DNA from: Alphaproteobacteria bacterium
GTDB lineage: Bacteria; Pseudomonadota; Alphaproteobacteria; HIMB59
Assembly: GCA_045560885.1 (NCBI GenBank)
Contig: JBJKYU010000068.1
Location: 1-62,449, forward strand
Reading direction: 5' to 3'
DNA: 62,449 nt
The notes under the pieces were generated by a model that did no database searches, was not told where the DNA came from, and saw nothing but the letters and a program-made list of their open reading frames with translations. Of the stretch, positions 20,770 to 30,038 are shown in pieces (the first letter of the stretch is position 1; each line of letters opens with the position of its first letter). A program made the translations under genes and the position numbers.

Positions 20770-22418
20770 TAAGATCCTTTTAGTAAATCCGATGCTACTT
20801 TTTTTGATTCATCTGTAATTTTAGCCCCACTGATTAAGGTAGCTATTTCTAAAATTCGATCTTTATCTGATAATTCTATAAGTTTACTTTCAAGGTTTTC
20901 ACCTTTTATTTCTTTAAATATTTTCCAATGTTTATCAGCTTTTGAGGCTACTTGAGCTGAGTGCGTAATAGCTATAATTTGATTATTCTTTGATAATTTC
21001 ATAATTTTTTCAGATACATTGGATGCTATTTTTCCACTTAATCCACTATCTACCTCATCAAAAATTAGAATTAAATCATTATCAAAATCTGCTGATAAAG
21101 ATTTTATTATTAGCAAAAGTCTTGACAATTCTCCGCCTGAGGCAACTTTTTTTATAGAACTAAAATCTGCTTTTTTATTTGTCCTAAACTTTACTTCTAA
21201 TTCATCTATTCCATCAATATTGAAGTTGGCTTCATCTAATTTTAGAAATTCAAAAAGAAGTTCTCCATGCTCTATATTCATATCCGGCAATTCTAAATTA
21301 ATTTTTTTTGAAAGATTAATAGAGTGTTTTCGTCTTAATGAGGAAATTTTTACAGCTTCTTGTATGAAAAACTCAAGGTCATCTTGGTACTTTTTATATT
21401 TTTTATTCTTTTCTTTGTCAAAATTTTGTAACTGGTTTATTTCTTCCTCAACCTCTTCGTATTTTTCAGAAAGTTTATCAGGGTCTACATCAAAAAATTT
21501 TGATAGTTGCTGATATTGATAAATCCTATCCTCTACATCATTGAAGTCTATTTCATTAAAATCAAATTTTTCAAAAGTATTATCTAAATCATTAATAAAC
21601 TCTGTTATCTCTAATGCTGAGGAAGAAAATTTAGATGATAAATCTTCATAAGATTTATCGAATTCAGTTAATTTATTAATATTTTTTTCAATATCTGTGA
21701 GTAATCCGTTGTTGTTAAAAGAATTAATCAAATTTTTAAGTTCTGAGGTTAAATCAGCAATTTTTTTTGAATTTTTATTAAGATTTCTTTGATCAGAAAG
21801 TTTCTGATATTCATTCTTTTTTGGATTAAGTAATTTAATTTTTTTTATCTTAGAACTTAAAATCTCAATTTTTTCTTGGATGCTCTTTTCATTTAAAGTG
21901 TGATTAAAATATTCATTTTTAGAATTTTTGAGAATTTTAAATTTTTCTTTAAGTACACTTGTGTCTATTGATCCAGTTTTATCAATAAAATCTAAAAAAT
22001 ATTTATTATTATAAAGTTCTTGTTGTTCATAATTCTCTTGAAATTCAATTATATTGCTCAACGTTTTTTTAACAGCAGTTAAAGATGTAATTTGATTATT
22101 TAAAAGTATTTTTGATTTTTGATTAGTATCTATTTGTCTTTCTACAATTAAATAATCATCTTCTATTTCTATATTTAAAGAGTCTAAGTTATTTTTAATT
22201 TTTTGATTAATTTCAAATACAGCTTTAATAGTTGTAATTTCATTATCTTTTAAATTATGATTTGAATTATTTTTACCCCCAAGAGCTAATTTTAAAGCAT
22301 CTATAATAATTGATTTACCCGCGCCAGTTTCACCAGTGAAAGTATTAAAACCTTTGATAAGGTTTATAGATAGCTTCTTAATTAATAAAAAATTTCTTAT
22401 TTCTAAAGAGACTAGCAT
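20769..22418 (-). CDS. recN: DNA repair protein RecN
   Basis: FTGETGAGKS, ASGGELSR, IFDEVDSG, ITHSAQVA; coiled-coil middle. Confidence 0.96.
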   Translation of the reverse strand: MLVSLEIRNFLLIKKLSINLIKGFNTFTGETGAGKSIIIDALKLALGGKNNSNHNLKDNEITTIKAVFEINQKIKNNLDSLNIEIEDDYLIVERQIDTNQKSKILLNNQITSLTAVKKTLSNIIEFQENYEQQELYNNKYFLDFIDKTGSIDTSVLKEKFKILKNSKNEYFNHTLNEKSIQEKIEILSSKIKKIKLLNPKKNEYQKLSDQRNLNKNSKKIADLTSELKNLINSFNNNGLLTDIEKNINKLTEFDKSYEDLSSKFSSSALEITEFINDLDNTFEKFDFNEIDFNDVEDRIYQYQQLSKFFDVDPDKLSEKYEEVEEEINQLQNFDKEKNKKYKKYQDDLEFFIQEAVKISSLRRKHSINLSKKINLELPDMNIEHGELLFEFLKLDEANFNIDGIDELEVKFRTNKKADFSSIKKVASGGELSRLLLIIKSLSADFDNDLILIFDEVDSGLSGKIASNVSEKIMKLSKNNQIIAITHSAQVASKADKHWKIFKEIKGENLESKLIELSDKDRILEIATLISGAKITDESKKVASDLLKGS

Positions 22419-22423
22419 AAAAA

Positions 22424-23290
22424 TTATTCAATTATTTGAATTTCAATATTTTCTTCTTCTTTATTATTTTTTACTAATCTTATTGGATTAAATTTTTCAA
22501 ACCAATTTTCGTCGTCAATTTCAATTTCTAATTCATTGATGATGTTATAAGATTTTTCATACCATTTACTTTTTGGGAAATTATATGCAAGAATTGATGC
22601 ATAATTTTTTGCAATTTCATCTTCTTTAATTGATTTATATATATTGACTAATAAATAAAGAGTCTCATCTATCGATAAACTAGAACTATGATTTTCATAT
22701 ATATCTTTTAAGTAAATAAGAGCACCATTGATATTTTTCTTTTCTAAGTAAAACTTAGCTGTAGAAAGTTTATTTATCGCGAGATTGTTATCTATGATTT
22801 GAATTTTAGTAATAATATCAATCTCATATTTGCTATTAGGAAAAGCGTTTAAAATAAAATTAAATTTATCCAAAGCGGTATAAGCATCTTTTTGGCTGTA
22901 ATCAGGCTTTTTAATTAAAACATAATAAGTCATTGCCTCTAGATAATTTGCGTAAACTATATCTTTGCTACCGGGGTAATATTTTATGTAATTTTCGGCA
23001 AGCGCTCTTGTTTTTTCATAATCCTTTTTTAGAAAATTTATATAAGCATTTAATAACATACCTTTATTGGAATAAGGGCTACTTGGAAATAAGACTTCAA
23101 GTTTATCTAGCTCTATTAGAGCTAAATCATATTCACCTTGGCTTATGAATTTATTGGCATTTTCAAATAATTCAAAATCTTTTAATTTATTATTTTCATA
23201 AAGATTTTGATTTAAATCAAAATCGCTCGTATCATTTGATGTACAAGAAACAAAAATAAATAAGGTTAAAAGGATCAGAATCAACTTCAT
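22424..23290 (-). CDS. bamD: Outer membrane protein assembly factor BamD (lipoprotein)
   Basis: Lipobox FVSC, TPR-like repeats (FPSSPY, YPGS, FPNSKY, NFPKSKWY); bamD-recN-ligA synteny. Confidence 0.9.
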   Translation of the reverse strand: MKLILILLTLFIFVSCTSNDTSDFDLNQNLYENNKLKDFELFENANKFISQGEYDLALIELDKLEVLFPSSPYSNKGMLLNAYINFLKKDYEKTRALAENYIKYYPGSKDIVYANYLEAMTYYVLIKKPDYSQKDAYTALDKFNFILNAFPNSKYEIDIITKIQIIDNNLAINKLSTAKFYLEKKNINGALIYLKDIYENHSSSLSIDETLYLLVNIYKSIKEDEIAKNYASILAYNFPKSKWYEKSYNIINELEIEIDDENWFEKFNPIRLVKNNKEEENIEIQIIE

Positions 23291-23294
23291 AACT

Positions 23295-23933
23295 ATGAAT
23301 TATAGCTTCAGAAAAAAGAATAAAACAGTCAAATATCTAATAATTCACTATACGGGTATGATTAATTTTTATTCAGCTTATAGAAAGTTAAATGACCTAA
23401 ATTCAGAGGTTAGCTGCCATTATTTAATATCAAGGGAAGGAAAAATTTATAATCTTTTGTGTCCTAAATTTAAAGGTTGGCATGCAGGAATATCAGAGTG
23501 GAAAAATGTAAAAAACTTGAATGATTACTCTATTGGAATTGAGTTAGAAAACAAAGGCCATGAACATGGTTATACTAATTTCACCCATAGTCAGTACCAT
23601 AAATTGAAAAAATTGATTAAATTTTTAAAATTTAATTTAATTATAAAAGATGAAGACATAATTTTTCATTCAGATATAGCTCCAAATAGAAAAAAAGATC
23701 CTGGAGAAAAATTTATAGTTAAGAAATTGGGAATAAAAAGATTTAATTTTCATCAAAGAAAAACACTTAGTATTAATGGACTTTTAAAATTATATGGTTT
23801 TAGTCAGAATTATATAAAAATTCATAAACCAGATTGTATTAAAGCTGTAAAGAGATCCCTAAATTATAAAACTATAGACTCTAGTATTTCTAAAAATTTT
23901 AAAAATAAATTTAATAATTTATTATTTAAGTAA
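23295..23933 (+). CDS. N-acetylmuramoyl-L-alanine amidase (Amidase_2, AmpD/AmiD-like)
   Basis: IIHYTG, VSCHYLI, WHAG, SIGIELEN, HSDIAPNRKKDPG. Confidence 0.92.
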   Translation: MNYSFRKKNKTVKYLIIHYTGMINFYSAYRKLNDLNSEVSCHYLISREGKIYNLLCPKFKGWHAGISEWKNVKNLNDYSIGIELENKGHEHGYTNFTHSQYHKLKKLIKFLKFNLIIKDEDIIFHSDIAPNRKKDPGEKFIVKKLGIKRFNFHQRKTLSINGLLKLYGFSQNYIKIHKPDCIKAVKRSLNYKTIDSSISKNFKNKFNNLLFK

Positions 23934-23951
23934 AAAATTATATTATAGATT

Positions 23952-24284
23952 TGGGTAGTGAGCAGTCGCTTTGTTTTACAAAGAGGAAAGTCTGAGCTTG
24001 CGTAGAAAGTGATAACGGATAACATCCGTCGGGGGCAACCCTAGGGAAAGTGCAGCAGAAAAAAACCGCCGAAAGGTAAGGGTGAAAAGGTGAGGTAAGA
24101 GCTTACCGGGTGAAATAAATATCATCGCAATATGCAAACCCTATCACAAGTAAGATCAAATAGAGGTTAAAACTTTTTCTACAGTTGACCTGGGTTGATC
24201 GCTGGAGCTTAATAGTAATATTAAGCCTAGATAAATGACTGCTAATTTTCAATAAAATTACAGAACTCAGCTTATAGCTACCCA
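23952..24284 (+). ncRNA. rnpB: RNase P RNA (bacterial type A)
   Basis: GAGGAAAGTCTGAGC and ACAGAACTCAGCTTA P4 halves, GGAAAGTGCAGCAGAAA, AGGGTGAAAAGGTGAGGTAAGAGC; P1 TGGGTAG/CTACCCA; amidase-rnpB-mraZ synteny. Confidence 0.96.
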
Positions 24285-24310
24285 TATATTATTTACATAA
24301 ACCTAAAATT

Positions 24311-24335
24311 CCCATATAATCCCATAAAATACCAT
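24311..24335. promoter_or_regulatory. Candidate MraZ operator (10-bp periodic CCCAT boxes)
   Basis: CCCAT at 24311, CCCAT at 24321 and ACCAT at 24331. These read as ATGGG/ATGGT repeats with 5-nt spacers on the minus strand, directly upstream of mraZ. Confidence 0.7.
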
Positions 24336-24750
24336 GATTATGTTTTTATCTTCTTTTTTTGGAATTATTGATAGTAAAAATAGAATTGCTATTCCCTCTT
24401 CATATAGAGCTACAATTAAAGAAACTAAGGAAAAAGTATACTTATTCAAAAGTTTAAAATACCCATGCTTGGAAATTCATCTAGCCTCAAAGATCAATTC
24501 GCTTGTTAAAAGTTTTGATGAAAAAGATTTTTTTTCAAAAAAAAATGATCATTTTAAAACAGCAATTTTGTCTGATCTTGAAGAAATTAACATCGATAAT
24601 GATGGTAGATTTACATTAAGAGAAACACACCAATTATTTTCAAAAATAAAAAAAGAAATTTTATTCATCGGTAAAGGAAATCATTTTGAGATTTGGCAAC
24701 AGGATTTAGGTGAAAAGCATAAACTTGAGTCTAGGAAAAAGTTTAAATGA
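24334..24750 (+). CDS. mraZ: Division/cell-wall cluster transcriptional repressor MraZ
   Basis: IDSKNRIAIP and IDNDGRF repeats, FEIW; first dcw gene. The start could be 24340. Confidence 0.92.
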   Translation: MIMFLSSFFGIIDSKNRIAIPSSYRATIKETKEKVYLFKSLKYPCLEIHLASKINSLVKSFDEKDFFSKKNDHFKTAILSDLEEINIDNDGRFTLRETHQLFSKIKKEILFIGKGNHFEIWQQDLGEKHKLESRKKFK

Positions 24751-25652
24751 TTACCAATACGCATAAACCAATCATGGTCAAGGAGATATCTTCATTTTTG
24801 AATAAAGATAAAGAGCTATCAATTCTCGATTGCACATTTGGTGGTGGAGGCCATACCATAAGCTTTTTAGATCTAGGACATAGAGTTACGGCAATTGATG
24901 AGGATTTGAATGCTCAAGAAATAGCAAAAGATATAGGAAAACAATTCAATAAATTTAATTTTTTTAAAATGAATTTTAAAGACCTTGAACAAATAGAAGA
25001 AGATTATTTAAAAAATAAATATGATTTTATTTTATTAGATCTAGGTTTTTCTTCTAATCAACTTGAAGATGCTCAAATAGGAATATCTTTCAAAGCGGAC
25101 TCTAAGCTTAATATGAATTATTTAAACTCTGATTTCACTGCCTACGACATTGTAAATAATTATTCTGAGAAAGAACTTTTTAGGGTTTTTGCAGATTATG
25201 GTGAGATTAAACAGTCGTTAAAACTTGCAAAATTTATTGTAAGAACAAGACAAGATAAGTCTATAAATACTAATTTTGATCTTATAGAAGTTTTAAGAGG
25301 TAGTGGAGTAAACTTTAGATCTAAAAAAATTCATTTTGCCACTCAAGCTTTCCAAGCACTTAGAATTGAATGTAATAAAGAGCTTGAGAATTTGAATATT
25401 TTTCTGGAGAAAGTTTATAACCACTTAAATAAAGATGGAATATTAGCAATTATTTCATTCCACAGTCTTGAAGACAGAATCGTAAAAAATTATTTCAGAT
25501 CCAATTCTTTCAAAAAAGATAAATTTAAAAATCAATCAAATTGGGGATTTGAAATACTTACAAAGAGGCCAATTACACCAAATCAAATAGAAGTTAAGGA
25601 TAATCCGCGATCTAGATCGTCTAAATTAAGAGTCGGAAGGTTTGTTAATTGA
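24747..25652 (+). CDS. rsmH: 16S rRNA m4C1402 methyltransferase
   Basis: HKPIM, DCTFGGGGHT, LDLGFSSNQL, FQALRI, ISFHSLEDRIVK, NPRSRSSKLR. Confidence 0.97.
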   Translation: MITNTHKPIMVKEISSFLNKDKELSILDCTFGGGGHTISFLDLGHRVTAIDEDLNAQEIAKDIGKQFNKFNFFKMNFKDLEQIEEDYLKNKYDFILLDLGFSSNQLEDAQIGISFKADSKLNMNYLNSDFTAYDIVNNYSEKELFRVFADYGEIKQSLKLAKFIVRTRQDKSINTNFDLIEVLRGSGVNFRSKKIHFATQAFQALRIECNKELENLNIFLEKVYNHLNKDGILAIISFHSLEDRIVKNYFRSNSFKKDKFKNQSNWGFEILTKRPITPNQIEVKDNPRSRSSKLRVGRFVN

Positions 25653-25945
25653 TTAAGACAATATCTAAATTTGCAATTTTAATAATATTTATTTTTGTAT
25701 TTCTCTATTTTAAAAATTACACAAAAATAACAAAAAATGAGTTACAAAATTTGAAAAATGATTATGAAAAAAATTTTCAAATTTATCTAAAAAGAGAAGT
25801 TCAGTTGTCAAAAATGCTTAACCAATTTGAATACGAGAGTTTAGATGAAAATTTAGCTTTCAATGAAAGAATTATAAAATTTGATAGAGGTATTGATAGT
25901 GATTTCACACTAATAATGGTTGGTTATGATAAACCTCAGCAATGA
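25649..25945 (+). CDS. ftsL: Probable cell division protein FtsL
   Basis: N-terminal TM helix followed by a coiled coil; position between rsmH and ftsI. Sequence motifs are weak. Confidence 0.6.
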   Translation: MIKTISKFAILIIFIFVFLYFKNYTKITKNELQNLKNDYEKNFQIYLKREVQLSKMLNQFEYESLDENLAFNERIIKFDRGIDSDFTLIMVGYDKPQQ

Positions 25946-27380
25946 AACTGACTATAAATTAATTTTTAAAACTAAAAATCTTTATAACTTTTTCTTTGTA
26001 TTGATCATTATTTTATTTGTTGGGGTCTTTTTTAAAATAATAAATTTATCGGTTCAGGAAAAAAATAATCAAATTGAAATAGTATCTGAAAAAAATTCTA
26101 AAGTTTTTTTGCCAACAATATTTGATACTAACGGTAACAGATTAGCATACTCTGATTTCAATTTTTCAATATTTAAAGCTAATAATAAGTTCGAATATTT
26201 AGAAAGAGATGCATCCAATAAGCAAATTAAAGAAACATTATATTTTGGTAATCCTGTTTTAAAGTTTGAAAAAATATTAACTCGAAAATATCCATTCAAT
26301 AAAATTTTAACCAATACCCTTGGGCAAGTAGATATAGATCATAACGGAATTTCTCTTTTTGAAAAAAATATAAATGAAACTAATGAAGATTTAGTCTTAG
26401 GTATAGATATTGATATTCAAAAAAAAGTTTTTGAGATATTATATAAAGAGGCAAAGTTTCTTGAGCCCGATTATAGCCTAAGTGTTATTGTTGATTTATC
26501 TAAAGAAGAAATACTAAGCAATGTTTTTATAGATAGTAGAAAGAAAAAATTTGATGAGTCTCTCATGCCTATCAAAGACTTATTATTTGAATTTGGTTCT
26601 GTTTTTAAACCTTTTGCAGTTTATTCTGCTTTAAAAAATAAAAAGATAGATTTAAATGAATTTTTTGATGTTGATCAGCCAGTTTTTATTGGTTCTAAAT
26701 TAATTGATGATTACCCAAGGAATAGCAATTCACCATTACAGGTTAAAGATATTTTAAAAAGTTCATCAAATCGAGGGGCTATACTAATTAGAAGAAAACT
26801 CGATTGTCAGAAAGAGTTTAAAAATGATTTTCTCAATTTAGGGCTTTTAGATAATGTCTCTATAGGATTTAATTTAATATCTAAAGTCCCAGAGTTAAAT
26901 AACTTTAGAGGAGCTTATTGTGATAATTTTCCTTATGGCTATGGTATGGCGATTTCTCCAATACAATTAATTAATGCTTATGGAAAAATAGTCACCGGTA
27001 GAGACGATTTTATGGCTTCATTCGAAAAAAAATCGATAATTAATTTAAATGAGTTTAATAACGTATCCACATCATTAAATAAATTATTATTCTATGCCAA
27101 CGAAACATCTGAAGAACTATATGAAAATTTTTTAGTTGCTGGAAAAACAGGAACTGCCGACACAGGTGATAAGACATCTCAAAATGTAGCTTATGTCAGC
27201 TATTTTCCATATAATGATCCCAAATATCTAAGCCTAACTTTTATGTCAAATCCAAAAAATAAATATGGACCTTATATGACTGCTGGAAATACAGTTAAAC
27301 CAGTTTTTTTTAATATCTTAAAAGAAATTTATGTAAATCTTGACCTTTCTATTCTTGATATCAAAGGCACTGATATATGA
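25926..27380 (+). CDS. ftsI: Class B penicillin-binding protein (PBP3), shortened
   Basis: TM anchor; SxxK (GSVFK), SxN (SSN) and KTG (AGKTGTAD) motifs; dcw position. Confidence 0.88.
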   Translation: MINLSNETDYKLIFKTKNLYNFFFVLIIILFVGVFFKIINLSVQEKNNQIEIVSEKNSKVFLPTIFDTNGNRLAYSDFNFSIFKANNKFEYLERDASNKQIKETLYFGNPVLKFEKILTRKYPFNKILTNTLGQVDIDHNGISLFEKNINETNEDLVLGIDIDIQKKVFEILYKEAKFLEPDYSLSVIVDLSKEEILSNVFIDSRKKKFDESLMPIKDLLFEFGSVFKPFAVYSALKNKKIDLNEFFDVDQPVFIGSKLIDDYPRNSNSPLQVKDILKSSSNRGAILIRRKLDCQKEFKNDFLNLGLLDNVSIGFNLISKVPELNNFRGAYCDNFPYGYGMAISPIQLINAYGKIVTGRDDFMASFEKKSIINLNEFNNVSTSLNKLLFYANETSEELYENFLVAGKTGTADTGDKTSQNVAYVSYFPYNDPKYLSLTFMSNPKNKYGPYMTAGNTVKPVFFNILKEIYVNLDLSILDIKGTDI

Positions 27381-28759
27381 ATGAATTAAAAACACTTCAA
27401 GCTAAGGGATTTAAAATTGTATCTAATTGGCAGGAGTGTAATTCTAAATCTATTTTCTTTTTAAATACATTAAATTTAGAGGATTTTAATAAATATCAAA
27501 AATTAGCTATCAAAAAAAAATGCACTCATATAATTACTAACTGTTCTATAAAAAAACTAAATGAAATTCGAAAAATTAAGTATTATTACATCAATGTTCA
27601 AAAAGATTTATTCAAAATAAAAAAAACATTTTTTAGCATAAGTAAATTAAAAATTATCTTCCTAACAGGCACAAATGGAAAAACTTCCATTGCATATGGC
27701 TCACATATTTTATTTTCTCTTAATGGAATATCTAGTTGTTATTTAGGTACAATTGGATTCTTTATCAATGGTAAAAAAATAAAAAATCTTCCCAATACAA
27801 CACCTTCCTATTTGCAGTTATCATCCTTACTTCATGAGGCTGAAAAACAAAAAATAAAATATGCATTTATAGAGGCTTCTAGTATTGGTTTTAAAGAGGG
27901 AAGGCTAGGGGATTTGAAATTTGATCTTTGTTATTTAACTAATCTTCAATCAGATCACTTAGATTACCATAAAAATATTCAAAATTATCATCAATCTAAA
28001 ATAGATATGATTAATCTTCATTCCAAAACCTATTCAAAGTTATTAATTCAGGATAAAAATATTAAAAAAAAGTTTTCAAATTTTAAAAATAAAAATAAAT
28101 TTTTAGATGATTTCATAAAACATTACAAAATTATCATTGAAAGAAAAAAATTTAATTCCTTTTCAATTAAAACTAATTTTAAAACTTATTCCATTAACAC
28201 AATTAATGATTTTATGATTAAAAACTTTATATCTATGTTGCATATTTATTTTGTTTTTCATCAAAAATTACCTCAAAAAATAAATAATAAGATATTTCCT
28301 GATGGAAGATCTCAGATAATTTATAATAAAAATAAGAAGGTTATATTAATCGATTATGCTCATACTAAAGAGGCTTTTGAAAATTTATTATCCAATCTCC
28401 CAAAAGATATAGATCATAAAATTATTATATTTGGTTGCGGTGGAGACAGGGATAAAACTAAGAGAACTAAAATGGCAAAAATAGCTTCTAAATATACAGA
28501 TATCCAAATAATTACTGATGATAACCCTAGAAACGAAAATCCATCAGATATTAGAAGAATTCTTATTGAATTTTCATCAAATCCCTTAGAGATACCATCT
28601 AGAAAAAAAGCAATTGAAAGAGGCGTTAAACTTCTAAAAATAAAAAAAGGACTGTTAATAATAGCAGGCAAAGGACATGAAAATAGCCAGATTTATAAAG
28701 ATAAAATTTTTACTTTTAATGATCGTCTGGTAGCGAAATCATATGCAAAATATCTTTAA
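27377..28759 (+). CDS. murE: UDP-MurNAc-dipeptide:meso-DAP ligase
   Basis: TGTNGKTS, NTTP, DHLDYH, DYAHT, FGCGGDRD, DDNPR (mDAP-type), AGKGHE. Confidence 0.93.
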   Translation: MNELKTLQAKGFKIVSNWQECNSKSIFFLNTLNLEDFNKYQKLAIKKKCTHIITNCSIKKLNEIRKIKYYYINVQKDLFKIKKTFFSISKLKIIFLTGTNGKTSIAYGSHILFSLNGISSCYLGTIGFFINGKKIKNLPNTTPSYLQLSSLLHEAEKQKIKYAFIEASSIGFKEGRLGDLKFDLCYLTNLQSDHLDYHKNIQNYHQSKIDMINLHSKTYSKLLIQDKNIKKKFSNFKNKNKFLDDFIKHYKIIIERKKFNSFSIKTNFKTYSINTINDFMIKNFISMLHIYFVFHQKLPQKINNKIFPDGRSQIIYNKNKKVILIDYAHTKEAFENLLSNLPKDIDHKIIIFGCGGDRDKTKRTKMAKIASKYTDIQIITDDNPRNENPSDIRRILIEFSSNPLEIPSRKKAIERGVKLLKIKKGLLIIAGKGHENSQIYKDKIFTFNDRLVAKSYAKYL

Positions 28760-30038
28760 AAAAATATTACAAGCTAAAGATAAATATAATTCTACAATTG
28801 TATTTGATTCAAGATTAATAAAAAAAAATGATATTTTTATTGGTCTAAAATCAAATAACAGAGACGGAAACCTTTTTGCCTTAGATGCAATTAAAAAAGG
28901 AGCTATTTTTGCTATCGTTGATAACAATAAATTAATTCATGAAAATATTATTTACACTAAAAGTATTCAATCATTCATAACAAGATTTATAAAATTTTTA
29001 TTAGGTGCATATAAAGGAAAAATTATTGCTATTTCAGGATCTGTCGGCAAAACTACAATAAAAGAAAATATTTTTCACATATTAAATAACAACCAATTTA
29101 AAGCATATCGTTCTTTTAAAAATTTTAACAATATTCTTGGTCTTCAATTTTCAATTATGAATATGGATATCGATAGTAAATTTGCTGTATTTGAATTGGG
29201 CATTAATGCACCAAAAGAAATGGATGATTTAATTAAAATTCTTCAACCTCATTACTCTCTATTAACTTCTGTAGAAGACTCGCATATAGGAAATTTTAAA
29301 AATTTTTCTAATTTATTTGCAAACAAAATTAAAATTTTCAATTCAAAAAGGTTAATAAAAGGATTTATCAATATAAGAAATGATAATATTCAATTACCAA
29401 AAAAAATTATTAACAAAGTAAAAAGAATAAATTTAGAAAATTTAAATATTAAAGCTCATAAACATGATATTTTTGTTATTTCCTTTAAAAATAATAATAG
29501 TTATCAAAAAATATATTCTGATAAGGATGGTATATTCTTGGAAACAGCTATAATTTCTTTTTTATTCTTAAAGTTATTCATAAGAAAATTTTCAAATAAG
29601 AAATTCTTTTATAAAGAAGCTATACTTAATTCTAGAGGGAATGTTGTCAACAAGCGCTATAAAGATAGAATTATCAAAGTGTATGATCATAGTTATAATG
29701 CCAGTCCATATTCGTTGAAAAAACAATTAATTCACTTTGATAAACTAAAAGTCACAAAAAAATTGTGCATTTTAGGATCCATTAAGGAATTAGGAAATCA
29801 AACCGATAAATATCACCATGCCTTACTCGAAGATATCAAAGATCTAAAAGTAAAAAGAATAATTTTAATAGGAGAAGAGTTTTTTAAGTTAAGATCATCA
29901 TATAAAACCTATAATTTTTATAAATCCTATAAGAATTATATTAATGTGATGAAGAATGATCTTGAATATGGAAAAAATATCTTCGTAATGGGTTCGAGGC
30001 TAAATAATTTAGATAAAGTTATTCAACATATATGTTAA
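28743..30038 (+). CDS. murF: UDP-MurNAc-tripeptide:D-Ala-D-Ala ligase
   Basis: DSR, DGNLF, SGSVGKTT, NFNNILG, SYNASP, ELG. Confidence 0.92.
   Translation: MQNIFKKILQAKDKYNSTIVFDSRLIKKNDIFIGLKSNNRDGNLFALDAIKKGAIFAIVDNNKLIHENIIYTKSIQSFITRFIKFLLGAYKGKIIAISGSVGKTTIKENIFHILNNNQFKAYRSFKNFNNILGLQFSIMNMDIDSKFAVFELGINAPKEMDDLIKILQPHYSLLTSVEDSHIGNFKNFSNLFANKIKIFNSKRLIKGFINIRNDNIQLPKKIINKVKRINLENLNIKAHKHDIFVISFKNNNSYQKIYSDKDGIFLETAIISFLFLKLFIRKFSNKKFFYKEAILNSRGNVVNKRYKDRIIKVYDHSYNASPYSLKKQLIHFDKLKVTKKLCILGSIKELGNQTDKYHHALLEDIKDLKVKRIILIGEEFFKLRSSYKTYNFYKSYKNYINVMKNDLEYGKNIFVMGSRLNNLDKVIQHIC

Noticed and set aside
21019-21513. 164-aa antisense ORF in recN
   Set aside because: S/F/I-rich composition typical of the antisense frame of E/K-rich genes; no recognisable domain.
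24103-24285. 60-aa ORF on the minus strand
   Set aside because: It lies antisense within the RNase P RNA gene.
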